Source: Schmidtea polychroa (Eukaryota). From it: 64,000 bases of DNA. Shown here piece after piece: positions 14,200 to 26,542 of this stretch (the stretch's first letter is position 1; every line of letters starts with the position of its first letter). The position numbers and the translations under genes were made by a program. The stretch is from assembly GCA_044892525.1 (NCBI GenBank), contig CM097885.1, positions 10,356,001-10,420,000 on the forward strand, written 5' to 3'. Below the pieces are notes generated by a model. The model ran no database searches, was not told where the DNA came from, and saw only the letters and a program-made list of their open reading frames with translations.

Positions 14200-14718
14200 A
14201 TGCCATTTCGAAGTAGAAATAAGCAAAAAGAAAAAACTGTGGATTATTTTTGGTTGATATTCAGCATTGTAACATTTTTCAATGTTTTTTCTGTCGTTTT
14301 AACCGTATCTATTATAATCCGTTATTCGTCTGTATCTTTTCCTGGTCCCTCGCGAAGAACTCGGTCGACGATTTATCGAATCGTTAAAAGTGAAGAAAGA
14401 AATAAATCTGTAAGAAAAGAAAAAGCAGTCTGCAGTTCAATTGTGTCATCTTTAAGTGATATTTCTCCAACAAAATATTTTACAATGAGATCCTTCAAAA
14501 AGAGATTTAATTTCCAAAATTCAACCAAAGAATCCCTGATCTATGAGAATAGAGTTTATATAAATTCGCGGCATAAACCAAAAGATAAATCAAAAGTTTA
14601 CAGTTATAAAAGAAATGAAATAAAAGAAATGCATTTTCTTTCCGATTCTAAGAATATTCCCCTCTTACATAACTGGAAATCGTGTGACGCAATATTTCAA
14701 ATTGGAACGCAACTTTGA
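14200..14718 (+). CDS. Possible exon or ORF with one hydrophobic segment, unknown product
   Basis: 172-codon open frame after TTTAG; hydrophobic YFWLIFSIVTFFNVFSVVLTVSIIIRY; no family recognised. Confidence 0.3.
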   Translation: MPFRSRNKQKEKTVDYFWLIFSIVTFFNVFSVVLTVSIIIRYSSVSFPGPSRRTRSTIYRIVKSEERNKSVRKEKAVCSSIVSSLSDISPTKYFTMRSFKKRFNFQNSTKESLIYENRVYINSRHKPKDKSKVYSYKRNEIKEMHFLSDSKNIPLLHNWKSCDAIFQIGTQL

Positions 14719-14862
14719 TAATATTTGTTGTATATAAATAAATGCATTTTATTACTTTTTATTTAAAATATTATTATTTAAATATTTGTTTTAATTTATA
14801 CTTTTTCTTCATTATTAGACTTTTAGGATGGTTTAAGTATCACTTTTGCATCTCGTGACACC

Positions 14863-15636
14863 CAGGCCCGGTTCTTCACAAGATAACGGTACTCCACTTG
14901 AAGTTATAAGGTTCATATACAACAGCAAATTGCAAGACGTGTTTCCAAATGTTAGGACTGCTTTACGTATTTCATTAAAAATACCTATAACGGTGGCATC
15001 AGTCGAACGCAGTTTTTCAAAATTGAAAATAATTAAGACATACTTACGTTCTACGATGTCACAAAATGGACTTGTTGGATTAGCACAAATTTCTATCGAA
15101 AATGACATTGCTTCTGAACTCGACTATTTAGCATTATCTGACAATTTTTTCCAAACATGAAAGCAAAAAAAAAGTAAATTCATATAAAGCAAAAATAAAA
15201 ATATTTATTTATTCAGGCGTTCACTCGGTGCTTTGAGGCAAAATAACTATACTTTGCTAGCTAGTAGCTGTTATAACTACTTTGTACTTTTACGTGAGGG
15301 GGTTCCTAGAATATTTCATATATATTTTTTTATTCGATTCAAAGTTTTAAAATCTAAAGTAATTGATAATTTGAGTTCTATTTTTAAAATATGAAAAAAA
15401 ACTTAGAAAATTGTGATAAATTATCTAATAAACTAAGTAAAATATGGATGGATAAATTATTGATGCAAAAATAATATTTTATATGTAATATCGATACTTA
15501 TATAAAAAACTCGACAAAAAACGAAAATAAGTTTTCCTCCAAGTCATTGACATGGTGACATTGATATATCATATATGGGTAGAGTAGCCAACATGTTGCT
15601 CTGTCTAAAGCCACCAAATGACAGGAACCGGGCCTG
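14863..15636 (+). mobile_element. Internally deleted hAT (ZMYM1-type transposase C-terminus)
   Basis: TIRs CAGGCCCGGTTC / GAACCGGGCCTG; FPNVRTALRISLKIPITVASVERSFSKLKIIKTYLRSTMSQ is the hAT dimerisation domain. Confidence 0.85.
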
Positions 15637-18600
15637 GGTGTCACAAATGATGTTTTGTTTCTTTAATCTCTTGTTAGCGAGTCTCTAATCGTTTTGCTGA
15701 ACTTTTACTTATTTTCCTATTGATAGTTCTCTGTTTCAAGCGTTTCATATCATTGCGTCTTTCTGGATTATTTAATCTTAATATATGATTCTAAACCTTT
15801 CCGTTTGAATAAAAATATTTAAAATATTTATTATAATTAAAAAAAATTATAAAAATTTAATATGTTCAAAATCTATAATAATTATATAGATTTCTTATAA
15901 TTAAATTGTTGCCATGTATGCTTAACTATTTATTCAATAATTAAATTTAGTCACAGTTTGCAATGTTGTGTACCGGGGAGGGCCTTGAATTGAAATATAA
16001 AACTGGTGATATAAATTTGTTGCTCTTCTAACTTCATAAAATAAATTTTTATGCAAATAAACTTAATATAGAAAAGAAAATACAAAGATAAAAATCTCAA
16101 AATATCTTTGCAAAGAAATATGCAAAAATATTCATCATTGTCAGTATCAATTTATTCCAAAAACTATATTAACTGGTAAAGGTTCATGCCATATTTTCGT
16201 TATATCTTCCATGTTAATATCTTCCATTTTCAACCTTTTAAACGAAGCAAGATTATCTCTGACTTCGAAATTTTGATCTATACCACTCATGAAAATGAAT
16301 AATTACCCAATTAGCATGCACGAGTCGCGAATCTATCCAAGGCAATTTGCAGCTAGTTGACTTGTTGTTTTAAGAAAATATAAGAAAACCTGGCGCTATA
16401 TACTATATAACTTCTTGATAGAACCACCAACTTATCGAAAATCACAAGAGATGATATGCAAGTCATACCGACATTTTATACAGATAGCAATTGGTGTGCA
16501 TAGAACACCATTTTAACGCAAGTGGTTAATGGAGAAGTTTTCAATTCCTTTAGTTACAGTTGAACCAGTTAGACTCAAAATTCTTGATTTGAACAAGACA
16601 TAGAAATGTTCGTTTTGCAAATTAGTCTTTAACAAACATTCTACATTCTTCAACAAAAATTTATTTCAAGAATCTCAAAACGGCAGCAGGTTTTTCATTA
16701 GAATTTTACAAATTAAAATTTTTTTCATAAAAATAAAAATTATTTAATTTATATTAAAAGAACTTTTTTTCAAATTTTACTACTGATTTCTTTATCATCG
16801 ACATTGTATTTACTGATTCATAGTCAAGCTTTTTAATAAATATAATATTAAATTGATGAATTTAGTGGTTGTAAATTAACAGAAGTGTAAACATAAAGTC
16901 GAAATAAGAAAAGCTGTAGCTTAAATTGTATTCAAATATTTAAGTGCAGTAATTATGGGGAAAGTTTTGGAAACGTATCTAAAAAAAACAATGAAAAATT
17001 TTAATTGTTTAATCAGTTTATCTAGTTGTAATCAGTAAAGCGGATATTAAATTGTAATTGTGCTGATCAATAAATTTTAATACATTATTTCGCGTTCATT
17101 CTTGTTATTCAAGCACGCATGAAATCAAATTAATAATTGTTAATATCATAAATTCGCCGAAATTCATAAAATAAAATTAAAAGAAAAAAATCTTATTGTT
17201 GAAATTGAAAGTAAATTACAATTATTATAATTACTTAATGAGCAATATTTAGAAAATGAATTACGCAAAAATTAATTCAAAATTAATTTTTTGTGAAAGC
17301 TTTTTTAATTCCAATAATTAAATAAAAATTTTACTAAATTTAACATTCACATTCCATAAAAATTATATTTTTAAAATCAACATAATCCTCTTAAATCGGA
17401 AAATTTTTCATTAATTCCCCCATTTAATAAATTGCAGTTTTTGTAATTCTTTCTTGTAATTCTTATTTGATGATACTCTAGGGATAAATACATAACATCA
17501 AAAGCGAAAATTTTTATTTGATTTTTTCACTTTCTAACAAAATTTTATTTAATTGAAAAAAATATATTAATAAGAATTGACTTCAATTCTTTATTGAGCT
17601 TAATTTATTTTTCCTTTTGATTAATAAAATATAACAAATATACATTTATTAATTTTTGTTGTGAAAAAAAAATAATACTATTTATATTTTCTGGCATTTG
17701 CTGATAAAACATGAATAATTAAATAAAATTCCCATCACTTTGAAAATATCTCAATTCATTTGACAATATTACATTTCATTTTTCCGAGTTTATATTTTTT
17801 AATTAAAATTATTAGATATAGGGAAATTAATTTAATTTAAATGTAGTGCATTTTACTTTCAAATTAATTTAATAATTAAATTACAAATACATTAAATTAA
17901 TATGTTTTTAAGTGGTACTTATTTATTCAAATATTATAATACTAGTTAATTGCAAGGCGCCTAAGGCGCCCTTTGACAAATCATAAAATAAATGAACAGT
18001 TTGACATACTAAATATTTATTAAAAATTCAATTTCTTGTATTCTTAAGCAATTTGAAAATTATTTCTGTTATATATATATATATATAGAATGTAAAAAAA
18101 AATTGCCAAAAAAATTGTTTTTATTGAAGAACTTCTTTTTTTTGCAAAATAAACTTAGAAAGCGCTTTTTCAAAACTCGTTATTCGTGTAAAAATTCTAT
18201 GATAGTATTAGTGAGAGAGAGAAGTTTTTTATGATATTGTTAGGATCAACCAATCAGCGAGCGTTTTAGAATTTGTCAGTGAATCAGTCAGTGAATCAGT
18301 GATGAGCGTAATTATATTATAAGATTATTATTACGATATATGTTCCATTATATTCTTGTTATCTAATTACTGTTGTGGTTATTTAAAATTATTATTATCA
18401 TTATTGTTATGTCTATTAAAATTATTATTGTTGTATATTAAATAATTATTTTTATTTTACAGTTAACATTATTGAAATTATTAAATCATTATTCTTAGTG
18501 GTCTATGATTACTCTGCTGCGAATTAAGATTTTTTCAAGCGAATAATATAGTTATTCGGATTTATTGAAATCTGCTTTATTGGAATCAGCTGTGTATTTA

Positions 18601-18807
18601 ATTTATTTCTTTTTTCCATTACTAATTATTTCCCTTTTTTTAAATATATTTTTTATGTAAAATAATTAGGCATAAACCGAGATGCATGAAAATTAATAGA
18701 ATAATACTACAGATAGTTAAGTATACACCGATAAGTCGTAAAATATTTTACAATATTGAAAAAAATACCGATACACAACAAAAATGTTCATAATTGTCTA
18801 AGATAAA

Positions 18808-18925
<118 letters not shown>

Positions 18926-19385
18926 CAATTGTTCATTAAATAGAGTATTTCTCAGCGAATGAATTAATGTTCACAAATTGATTGTTCGTGATTGTTCGGC
19001 TTGGCTACCTAAGTTGTGCGGGCTCCAAGTGGATGTTTACCCGATATTTGTTTGGACCGGTCTTATAATATTTATTTAGGTGAAATCCGTTGATTCTCGA
19101 CCCCTGTCATCTAACACTATTATAAAATAATCCTTTTCAGCTCTTTTAAAATTTAGCTTAAGTAAATAAAAGGTTTAAGAGCTTTTATGGAATGAAAATG
19201 AAAATTCGAAATATTAATTTTAGAAGTAGTTTCAGAGTTACAACTTTTTAAAAAGAGGGCTTTTGAGAAACTTGTGGAATTTTAAATTGTAATTAAACAA
19301 ATGAAAAAAGCCGAAAATGAATGTTAAAACTAAAACCAACAAAATCCAGCTAAATAGCAAAACCTTATCTTGAAAATATCAGGAG

Positions 19386-19960
19386 ATGGCTTCACGAATC
19401 ACTAAGTTCAAAACTCTCAACAACAATACCAATATACCAGCCCATTTTTTCGGGCCTGAGGTTCTCGCTCCACCTGCTTGTTTATGTTGTGCAACATCGA
19501 CACCTTCAACCCTAACCCCACGTCGCCTCAAGATAATCTGGAGTTCAGCCCCAGGTTACAACTATTACTCTTCGCACGTCCGTTCCGGAACCACCTCAGA
19601 AGAAGTCAGACATCTTACTAAGGCCGAGCGCAAACCTGGGCCACCAACTCCTACGATTAAGATGTCCGAAGAAACCCGGCCTCTTGTGTTTCCTAAAAAA
19701 TTTGACCTGGATACCTTATTAACTGAAATCGATAGTTACGGTTGGTGATAATGTGATTGTACAGATATGTCATCTTGTGATCTTAGTCACCATTTGTACC
19801 GTATATTGTACCCGTTGTTATCTCTTTATCATAAATATTTGTGTTGTTTCTTTTTATATTTTTTTATTTTAGATTATGGAATCAGATCTTCATCGGAGTC
19901 TGACCACAGTAAGTTCAACATCCAGCCCGAGGCAAAATATGGGAAAAGGTGGAAAGGCGA
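19386..19960 (+). pseudogene. Possible spliced gene remnant, unknown product
   Basis: GC-richer 120-codon ORF, possible GT donor at ~19742 and polypyrimidine-AG acceptor at ~19872; downstream frame has stops. Confidence 0.25.
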
Positions 19961-20310
19961 ATAGGTTTTTGTGTGTCATCACTCGTCATCAAAGTATTCA
20001 TATGACCATAAATTAGTCGTGAATACATCTGACATAAGACCTTCTATCTGTCTTCCAGAACCAGTCAAATATTATCGGGTACTAGTGTTAAGGTAGACAC
20101 TCACCTGCCCTTTAATTTTTTCGCCACTTTTGGGCAGTACCAACCTGATGATTGTCAGGGGCTCTCTGTGTGGACTAGTATAAAGTCATATGCACTTAGA
20201 GACTGAAGTTATAGCTCATTTTTACAACCCAAGCGCCAACACAATTTACATTTTATATTCAAAGTGATATTCTGTCCACTGATCAAAATAGCAATTCACA
20301 AATTTGTAAG

Positions 20311-21276
20311 AGTAGTGTGTATATATCCCTAACCAAAACAGCCCTCCCAACAAATCATGCCTCCATTTCACTTAAACCATTAGAAAAACAACCTAAAACT
20401 TATACTTTTATAGTATTTTAACCCTATATTTTTGAAAACAACCACCCTTAATAGCCCTAACTGTTTTAATCTTTAAAGCCTCATAAACATAAAGAGAATA
20501 GAAAAGAAAATGGCATTATGAAAAAAGTTAGAGGGCTATTTTGGTTAGGGATATATACACACTACTTGAGGCATTGTTTTGATCGTAATCAAACTCCGGA
20601 GTTGATCTTTATCAGATTATTGATTTTAAATTATATAAATTAAAAAATAAATGAAAAAGAATAAAACTGCTCTGAGAGGACAGTGGTATTTTTTTTTCAC
20701 TGTCCTCTCAACAGTTTTTTTGATCCGGATCATTTCAACCTCTTTCGTTTATCAAATTTCTTCCAATATACAAGCTGGCCAGACTCATACATCAGAATCA
20801 ATTCGATAATAGCAGCACACCTTATTATTCGCTTCTCGCTCGAATACGATTTCATCGGCGTTTTAAGCATGCTGCTCGAAAGTACAAATGAATTCGAAAG
20901 CGAATCCGAAAGAGGTCCGAAAACAACTGAGAAATAAATGTGCACATTATAGAATCGATCCTGGGGTGTTCGAAAGACTGGTGGCGATAATTACCGGTTC
21001 GCCATCACACCCGTTTCAATAATTTTTTTTTCATATTTATGTTTAAAAAATAAAATATACAAGATAAAAATAAAATAAAATAAAATAAAAATAAATAAAA
21101 TAAAATATAAATCTAAGATACCCACACTATTATTTTCATATTTTTAATATTATTTTATGTTGAAAAAAAAACTAACCTCAGATGTGATTTGAACCACTAG
21201 CATTTGAACCACTGTGTCAGTCTAGCCCACTGCGCTATTAGACTTTGGATTTTTATTTATAAAATTCTAAAAATTA
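20311..21276 (+). repeat. Polinton left TIR (966 bp)
   Basis: Reverse complement of 31538-32503; about 4 substitutions seen by eye. Confidence 0.95.
21163..21244 (-). ncRNA. Putative tRNA-derived Pol III transcript in left TIR
   Basis: Mirror copy of 31570-31651 (A box, two B-box-like motifs, T9 terminator). Confidence 0.5.
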
Positions 21277-21495
21277 AATAATCGATTCAAGTTCTTTAAC
21301 TCTTTCCTGTAATTGTTTCATTTTCTTTAACCTTATCTCAGCAACTTCTACAGCTTTCATATAAAAATGTCGATACTTTTCATTCTCTACCATCAACTCT
21401 TTGATGTATTCTAATGGTTCTTCTTCTCTTCTTTTCATTCTCTTATGTTTAACTTCATTCAATTCATTTCTCGTTCTTTCAATTAAGTCAGTCAT
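21274..21495 (-). CDS. Small coiled-coil Polinton protein (73 aa)
   Basis: Charged heptad-rich ORF, AAAATG start, divergent from MCP; stop codon at the TIR boundary. Confidence 0.6.
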   Translation of the reverse strand: MTDLIERTRNELNEVKHKRMKRREEEPLEYIKELMVENEKYRHFYMKAVEVAEIRLKKMKQLQERVKELESII

Positions 21496-21541
21496 TTTAT
21501 AAATATTTTTTTATTGGATATATTAATTTTAATATATAAAA

Positions 21542-22834
21542 ATGAATAATATAAATCTTAAAATTCATGAAACAAATAAATTAAATCTTGATTATAATAA
21601 AGAATTTACTCATGTAATTAAAAGAAATTATGTACTTAAAATCTCACCAACTTCAGGATCTATTGCAAACTTAAATCGTAGGGGTGATATAGTTTTTCAA
21701 TCTCTTCAAACATCAAACCCAATAGATATTTGTAATGCTAAATTATATTATAAAATTGAATTAGAAATTGAAGCAAACAAAGATATAACCCTAGAAAATA
21801 ATTTCTTTCCAAATTTATTCTCCAACATGAGATTAAAACTAGGATCATCAGAAATTGAAACTGTTTTACATCCAGGAGTATATTCTACAATGTTAAATTT
21901 TATTTTGACTGGTTGTGATTATAAAAACGAATATGGTGAATTAACAGGTTGGATTCCTGATATTAATAAAGGAGATTTAGATAAAGATGGTTTAGATATA
22001 AATTATGGTTATTATAAAAGAGTTGAACTTTATAAATCTAAAAAATTTGAAGGTTATTTTGAATTAAAACACTTGTTTGGATTCCTTCAAAACTATAATC
22101 GTATACTTCATAATGTTTTTATAGAATTCATCTGTAATAGACTAGAAGGTGATAAAAGATTGTTCTATGGAGACAAGGATACAAAAGCTAAATTAAAATT
22201 ATCAACACTTGAATTGCATATACCTGAATGGACATTAAACCCACATTCTGAAATCAAACTCCTTGAAAGATTAAATTCCAACAAGTCTATAAATGTAAAT
22301 TATTTAAATAGAATCTGTAGTGAATTTAGTATGACAGAGGGTTCAACATATTCTATAAAGGTAGCAAATTTAGCATACCGACCAAGATATATCTTGATTG
22401 GATTCAAAGAAGTAGATTCATCTTTCCAAAAAAATGGCAACTTGTTTATTCAAAAGATTGGAGATGATAATTTAAAAACAATCCAAATTCAATTAAATAG
22501 TTCTTATTATCCAATAAATAGAATGGAATTTAATATTGAAAATAATGAAAACATATTCCCATATCTAAATTATATTGAAACATGTTATGATTTCAAAGTT
22601 GAACCGCAATTAAGTTTAGAAGATTTCAAAAATTTATATTCTATATTTTGTATAAATGTTTCAGACCAAGATGATCGCCTAGCTATAAATAATGTTGATG
22701 TTACACTTCATGTAACAAAGGATTCTAATTTCAAAGCTAAAGTATATACATTAATATTAGAAGAAAAGAAAATAGAAATGAAATTATATGGTGGAAAGAT
22801 TTCAATTATTGAAAATGTTAGGGGAGATTCTTAA
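21542..22834 (+). CDS. Double jelly-roll major capsid protein (Polinton/adintovirus hexon)
   Basis: 430 aa, intact; motifs NNFFPNLFSNMRLKLGSSEIE, LKHLFGFLQNY, RPRYILIGF, QLNSSYYP, FKNLYSIFCINVS typical of Polinton MCPs. Confidence 0.88.
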   Translation: MNNINLKIHETNKLNLDYNKEFTHVIKRNYVLKISPTSGSIANLNRRGDIVFQSLQTSNPIDICNAKLYYKIELEIEANKDITLENNFFPNLFSNMRLKLGSSEIETVLHPGVYSTMLNFILTGCDYKNEYGELTGWIPDINKGDLDKDGLDINYGYYKRVELYKSKKFEGYFELKHLFGFLQNYNRILHNVFIEFICNRLEGDKRLFYGDKDTKAKLKLSTLELHIPEWTLNPHSEIKLLERLNSNKSINVNYLNRICSEFSMTEGSTYSIKVANLAYRPRYILIGFKEVDSSFQKNGNLFIQKIGDDNLKTIQIQLNSSYYPINRMEFNIENNENIFPYLNYIETCYDFKVEPQLSLEDFKNLYSIFCINVSDQDDRLAINNVDVTLHVTKDSNFKAKVYTLILEEKKIEMKLYGGKISIIENVRGDS

Positions 22835-22851
22835 TATTTTAACATTTTAAA

Positions 22852-24226
22852 ATGTCTCTAAATAAACCGTATTGGAGATGTGAAACTTGTAATTGTCAAG
22901 TTACAAAACATCACAAAGCAAGTCATCTAAAAACTAAAAAACATACAGGAGGCGACCTAATTCCACGAGCTGGAGGCGATTTGCAATCTTCAAAAGTAAT
23001 GTCTTCAATATTAAAACCTTTTACTACAGAAAAATATCCAGGTGAAAGACATTTATTTAAACACAACTATACCGGACCAGGAACAAGATTAGATATTAGA
23101 TTAGATGAAAATAATAATCCTAAACAAGGAGAAGAACCAATAAATAGAATTGATCAAGCAGCTTTAAAACATGATATTGCTTACAACTCAGAAGATCTTA
23201 GAGATAGACATGTTGCTGATGTTAATTTAATACATAATTTAAATAATATACAAAATCCATCAACTCAAGAAAAGATTCAAAGAGCTCTAGTTAAATTAGC
23301 AATGAAAGGTAAGATTTTCATAGGCGCAGGACTTCCTATGGGTGCAAGACTTCCTAGGAAAGCAAAAGATGTTGCTAATAAAAAGATCCTCGAACAAGCA
23401 GAGATTGAAAGATCCCTCGAGAATATATCCAAGACTAGTTTATTAACCCCAACAGAATCACAAATAAAATATGCCAACGAATTACACCATGAATTTAGAA
23501 AAAATAAAAAATATTTAAAAGTTCAAGTACATGAAAAAGATCAAACATGGTCTGCTGATTTAGTCTTTATGCCAACCAAATCATCAGACCCTGAAAAATA
23601 TAAAATAATTTTAACTGTAATAGATTTATATACAAGATTTGCCTTTGCAAGGTGTTTAGAAAATAGAACAGGATATTCTATTACAGAAGCATTTGAAAAT
23701 ATATTTGAAGAACATCAAAGAATTCCAAAATATTTATGGAGTGATAAAGGAACAGAATTTTATAACAAAGTTTTTACAAAGTTTTTAAATGAAAATGATA
23801 TTAAATTATATTCAACAGAAAACGAAGGAAAAGCAGTCGTAGTTGAAAGATTAAATAGAACATTAAAAAATAAAATGTGGAAATATTTTACTGCTATTGG
23901 AAAACAAAAATGGAACAATGAATTGTTACAAAAGATTGTAAATGAATATAATAATAAATGCTTCCTTGAATCCTTTGGAACTCATGAATCTTGAAACCAT
24001 TAAAGTGGTAAATGAAAAACCAAAGGTTAAAATTGGTGAACGAGTAAGAATATTTAAATATAAAAATAAATTTGAAAAAGGATTCACAGCAAAATGGACA
24101 AATGAAATTTTTATTATAAATAAAATACATTATACAACTCCAATAACATATAGCATCATTGATTTAAATAATGAAAAAATATTAGGTAGATTTTATAATA
24201 ATGAACTACAGAAAACAGATTTCTAA
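22852..24226 (+). CDS. Zinc finger + parvovirus-type PLA2 + retroviral-like (rve) integrase fusion; C-terminus frameshifted at ~23960-24010
   Basis: CETC...HLKTKKH finger; HNYTGPGT...PINRIDQAALKHDIAY...RHVAD PLA2; DDE in WSADLVFM, LWSDKGTEF, VVERLNRTLK. Polinton integrase tail KIGERVRI...FEKGFTAKWTNEIF...GRFYNNELQK is in the shifted frame (23942-24226). Confidence 0.9.
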
Positions 24227-24237
24227 ATTGACAACCC

Positions 24238-25046
24238 CTAAAATAAACTTTTCCATATTTCAGCTTCTTCTCTATCCAAATAAATATAATTATATTTTTC
24301 TTTCCAATGATTATCAACAAACATATCAAACATATTCTTATCAGGTTCAACATTTGAAAATAAATTATTATAAATCATATTCTTATCACGGCGATCTAAT
24401 TTAAAAAATATAAAACAATTGGAATTATTTCTTATAGAGTTTTTATCTAAAGCATAATAAGTTTGAGATATATAAATAACATTACAATTATTATGTCGAC
24501 CTCGTGTAAAGTAACTCTTTTGAATCTCTTGATTTTTCATGTTGACAACATCATCAAATATAACTAGATTCTTTTTATCTTTAGGAAGTAAATCACAATG
24601 TAAAACATCTTCAGGTTTATTAGAGAATAAAACCTGAATTCCTTCTGCTTGCGCTTGCCCCTGCCCCTGCCCCTCACAGATGTAATCATTTTTATTATTA
24701 ATATCTGATTCTAAAATCTTTTCCTTATACCAATCAACCATATCACAAGGTTGAAAAACTTCTTCGGGACACCTATGTTGATTTTAAAAATATCAATTAT
24801 TGCTTTTTTAGTTAATTTATTTTCAAATCCACATTTCAAAAGTTGTAATTCTGGTTGATTTATGGTTGTAGAATAAAAGATTAAATTATTATAATCTAAA
24901 AAACCATCTTCAAGTAACATTCTCAAAAGAAGTACATTCTTTCCACATCCAGAAGAACCAACAATTAATAATCTAAAATTATCAGGAAATACTTTATTAT
25001 TAAATTTAGATTTATGTCTATTTAAAATTGGTTTCCAAATATCCAT
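24238..25046 (-). pseudogene. A32/FtsK-like packaging ATPase, split by a frameshift at ~24740-24780
   Basis: Walker A LIVGSSGCGKN, Walker B LVIFDD, motif FTRGRHNNCNVIYISQ. Confidence 0.9.
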
Positions 25047-25061
25047 TTTATTTATTATAAA

Positions 25062-25657
25062 ATGACAACTGAAGAATCTTTGCAAGAATTAATAAATTCA
25101 AATAAAAATAAATCAGTTGTAATTGATGGTAAAAATATTTTATTGGAAAACATGTAAAAGAACAAGTAAAAGAACGTATGGGGAGTTCCTCCAAATCCGG
25201 CGGCATTCTTCCATTAGCTGCATTAATACCTGCAATCATTGCCGGACTATCAGGTGCTGCTAGAATAGCTGGAGGAATTGCAACTACAGTTCAAAAAGCT
25301 AAAGAATCTCAAAAGACAGACTTGGAAAAAGAAAAATTACAAACTGAAATCGATTCAATGAAGAAGAGGGGAAAGGGTCTCTATCTTAATCCTTATGAGG
25401 GGAGTTCCTCTCAGGGGACTCTGTCCGAAGGTCAAAAGTCTCAGGGGAGTTCCTCCAAGGGTAAAGCTCTCTATCTTGATCCTTATAAAGGCCGTGGTTT
25501 AAATGATTTTTTAAAAAATCAAATTTCTACATCTGAATCTTTATCTTCAAAAGATAAAGATGATTCAAAAAAAATATGTAAATCTTTAAAGAATGGATGC
25601 CTTTGTAAAACTAAAAATGGTAAAGGATTATACTTGAAGCCCTTCGAACCCCATTGA
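25062..25657 (+). CDS. Virion core/membrane-active protein resembling adenovirus pX precursor (5' frameshift at ~25135)
   Basis: GGILPLAALIPAIIAGLSGAARIAGGIAT plus repeated GKGLYLxPY/F motifs. Confidence 0.65.
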
Positions 25658-25679
25658 TACCATTTTTGATACCATTAAA

Positions 25680-26542
25680 ATGGTATATGAAGAAAGATTA
25701 GCACTTTTAAAAAAATTACAATCAGAACAAAACAAGTATAATAAAAAAGATACAACACAACATGCTGAATCTATAATATTAAATGAGGTAATCCAACATT
25801 AACAGGGGCCAACAATTAAAGCTATAAAAGGATTAAATGAGCAAGCAAAATTTAAAGAGTTGGAATTAAAAGATAAAAAACAAAAATTAAAGAATTGGAG
25901 TGGGAGGATAAAGAAACAGAGCTCACTGAAAGAAATCAAAGAAAACGTAGAAGAACCTCTAATGTGGAAGAAGAAGAAATGATTTTTAAAACAAAACCTC
26001 TTAAACTAGATCCTAAAATTAGAGATGATTTACCTCCTTCAATTAGACCCATATTTAATACTAATACTGAAGGATATACAATAATAACAATTAATAAACA
26101 AAACTTTACTTTATATACAACTCCAGAAAATAAATCACATATTCATTCACAAAATGTTTATAATAATGAATATTTAGACTTTGAATTTACAGATGATTTT
26201 TATAGATTACTTTGTGGATATCCTTCAGATAATAATAAAGAAATTGAAAAATATTTAAATTTAATAAGATTAGTAGGTGGAAGTTCTAAAGCAAAACACA
26301 TTCAAGATTTAAAGAATTATTTAGATAGAAATGAAAAGGGTTATGTTGTTACAGAGGGTAAGGGGATGCCTGCGGAAGGATTGGTTGGAAATCCCATCAA
26401 TCTTTTTATTGAATTAAGAAAACTATTAGCAGCTAAAAAAGCAGGACATAATAATTTAGATTCTGATATTTTAAAGATTTCTAAAGATTTGTTAAAACAA
26501 GGAATAATTTCAAAAGATAAATTTAACAAGTATATAAAATGA
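25680..26542 (+). pseudogene. Conserved Polinton protein (C-terminal LAAKKAGHN...DLLKQGII motif), nonsense codon at ~25800 and frameshift at ~25890
   Basis: AAAATG at 25680, interrupted frame continuing into the 215-aa ORF; C-terminal motif recurrent in Polintons. Confidence 0.6.

Noticed and set aside
20683..20945. Duplicated 84-aa and 71-aa ORFs in the Polinton TIRs (also 31869-32131)
   Set aside because: Non-ATG starts, overlapping on both strands, no motifs; duplicated only because they lie in the TIR.
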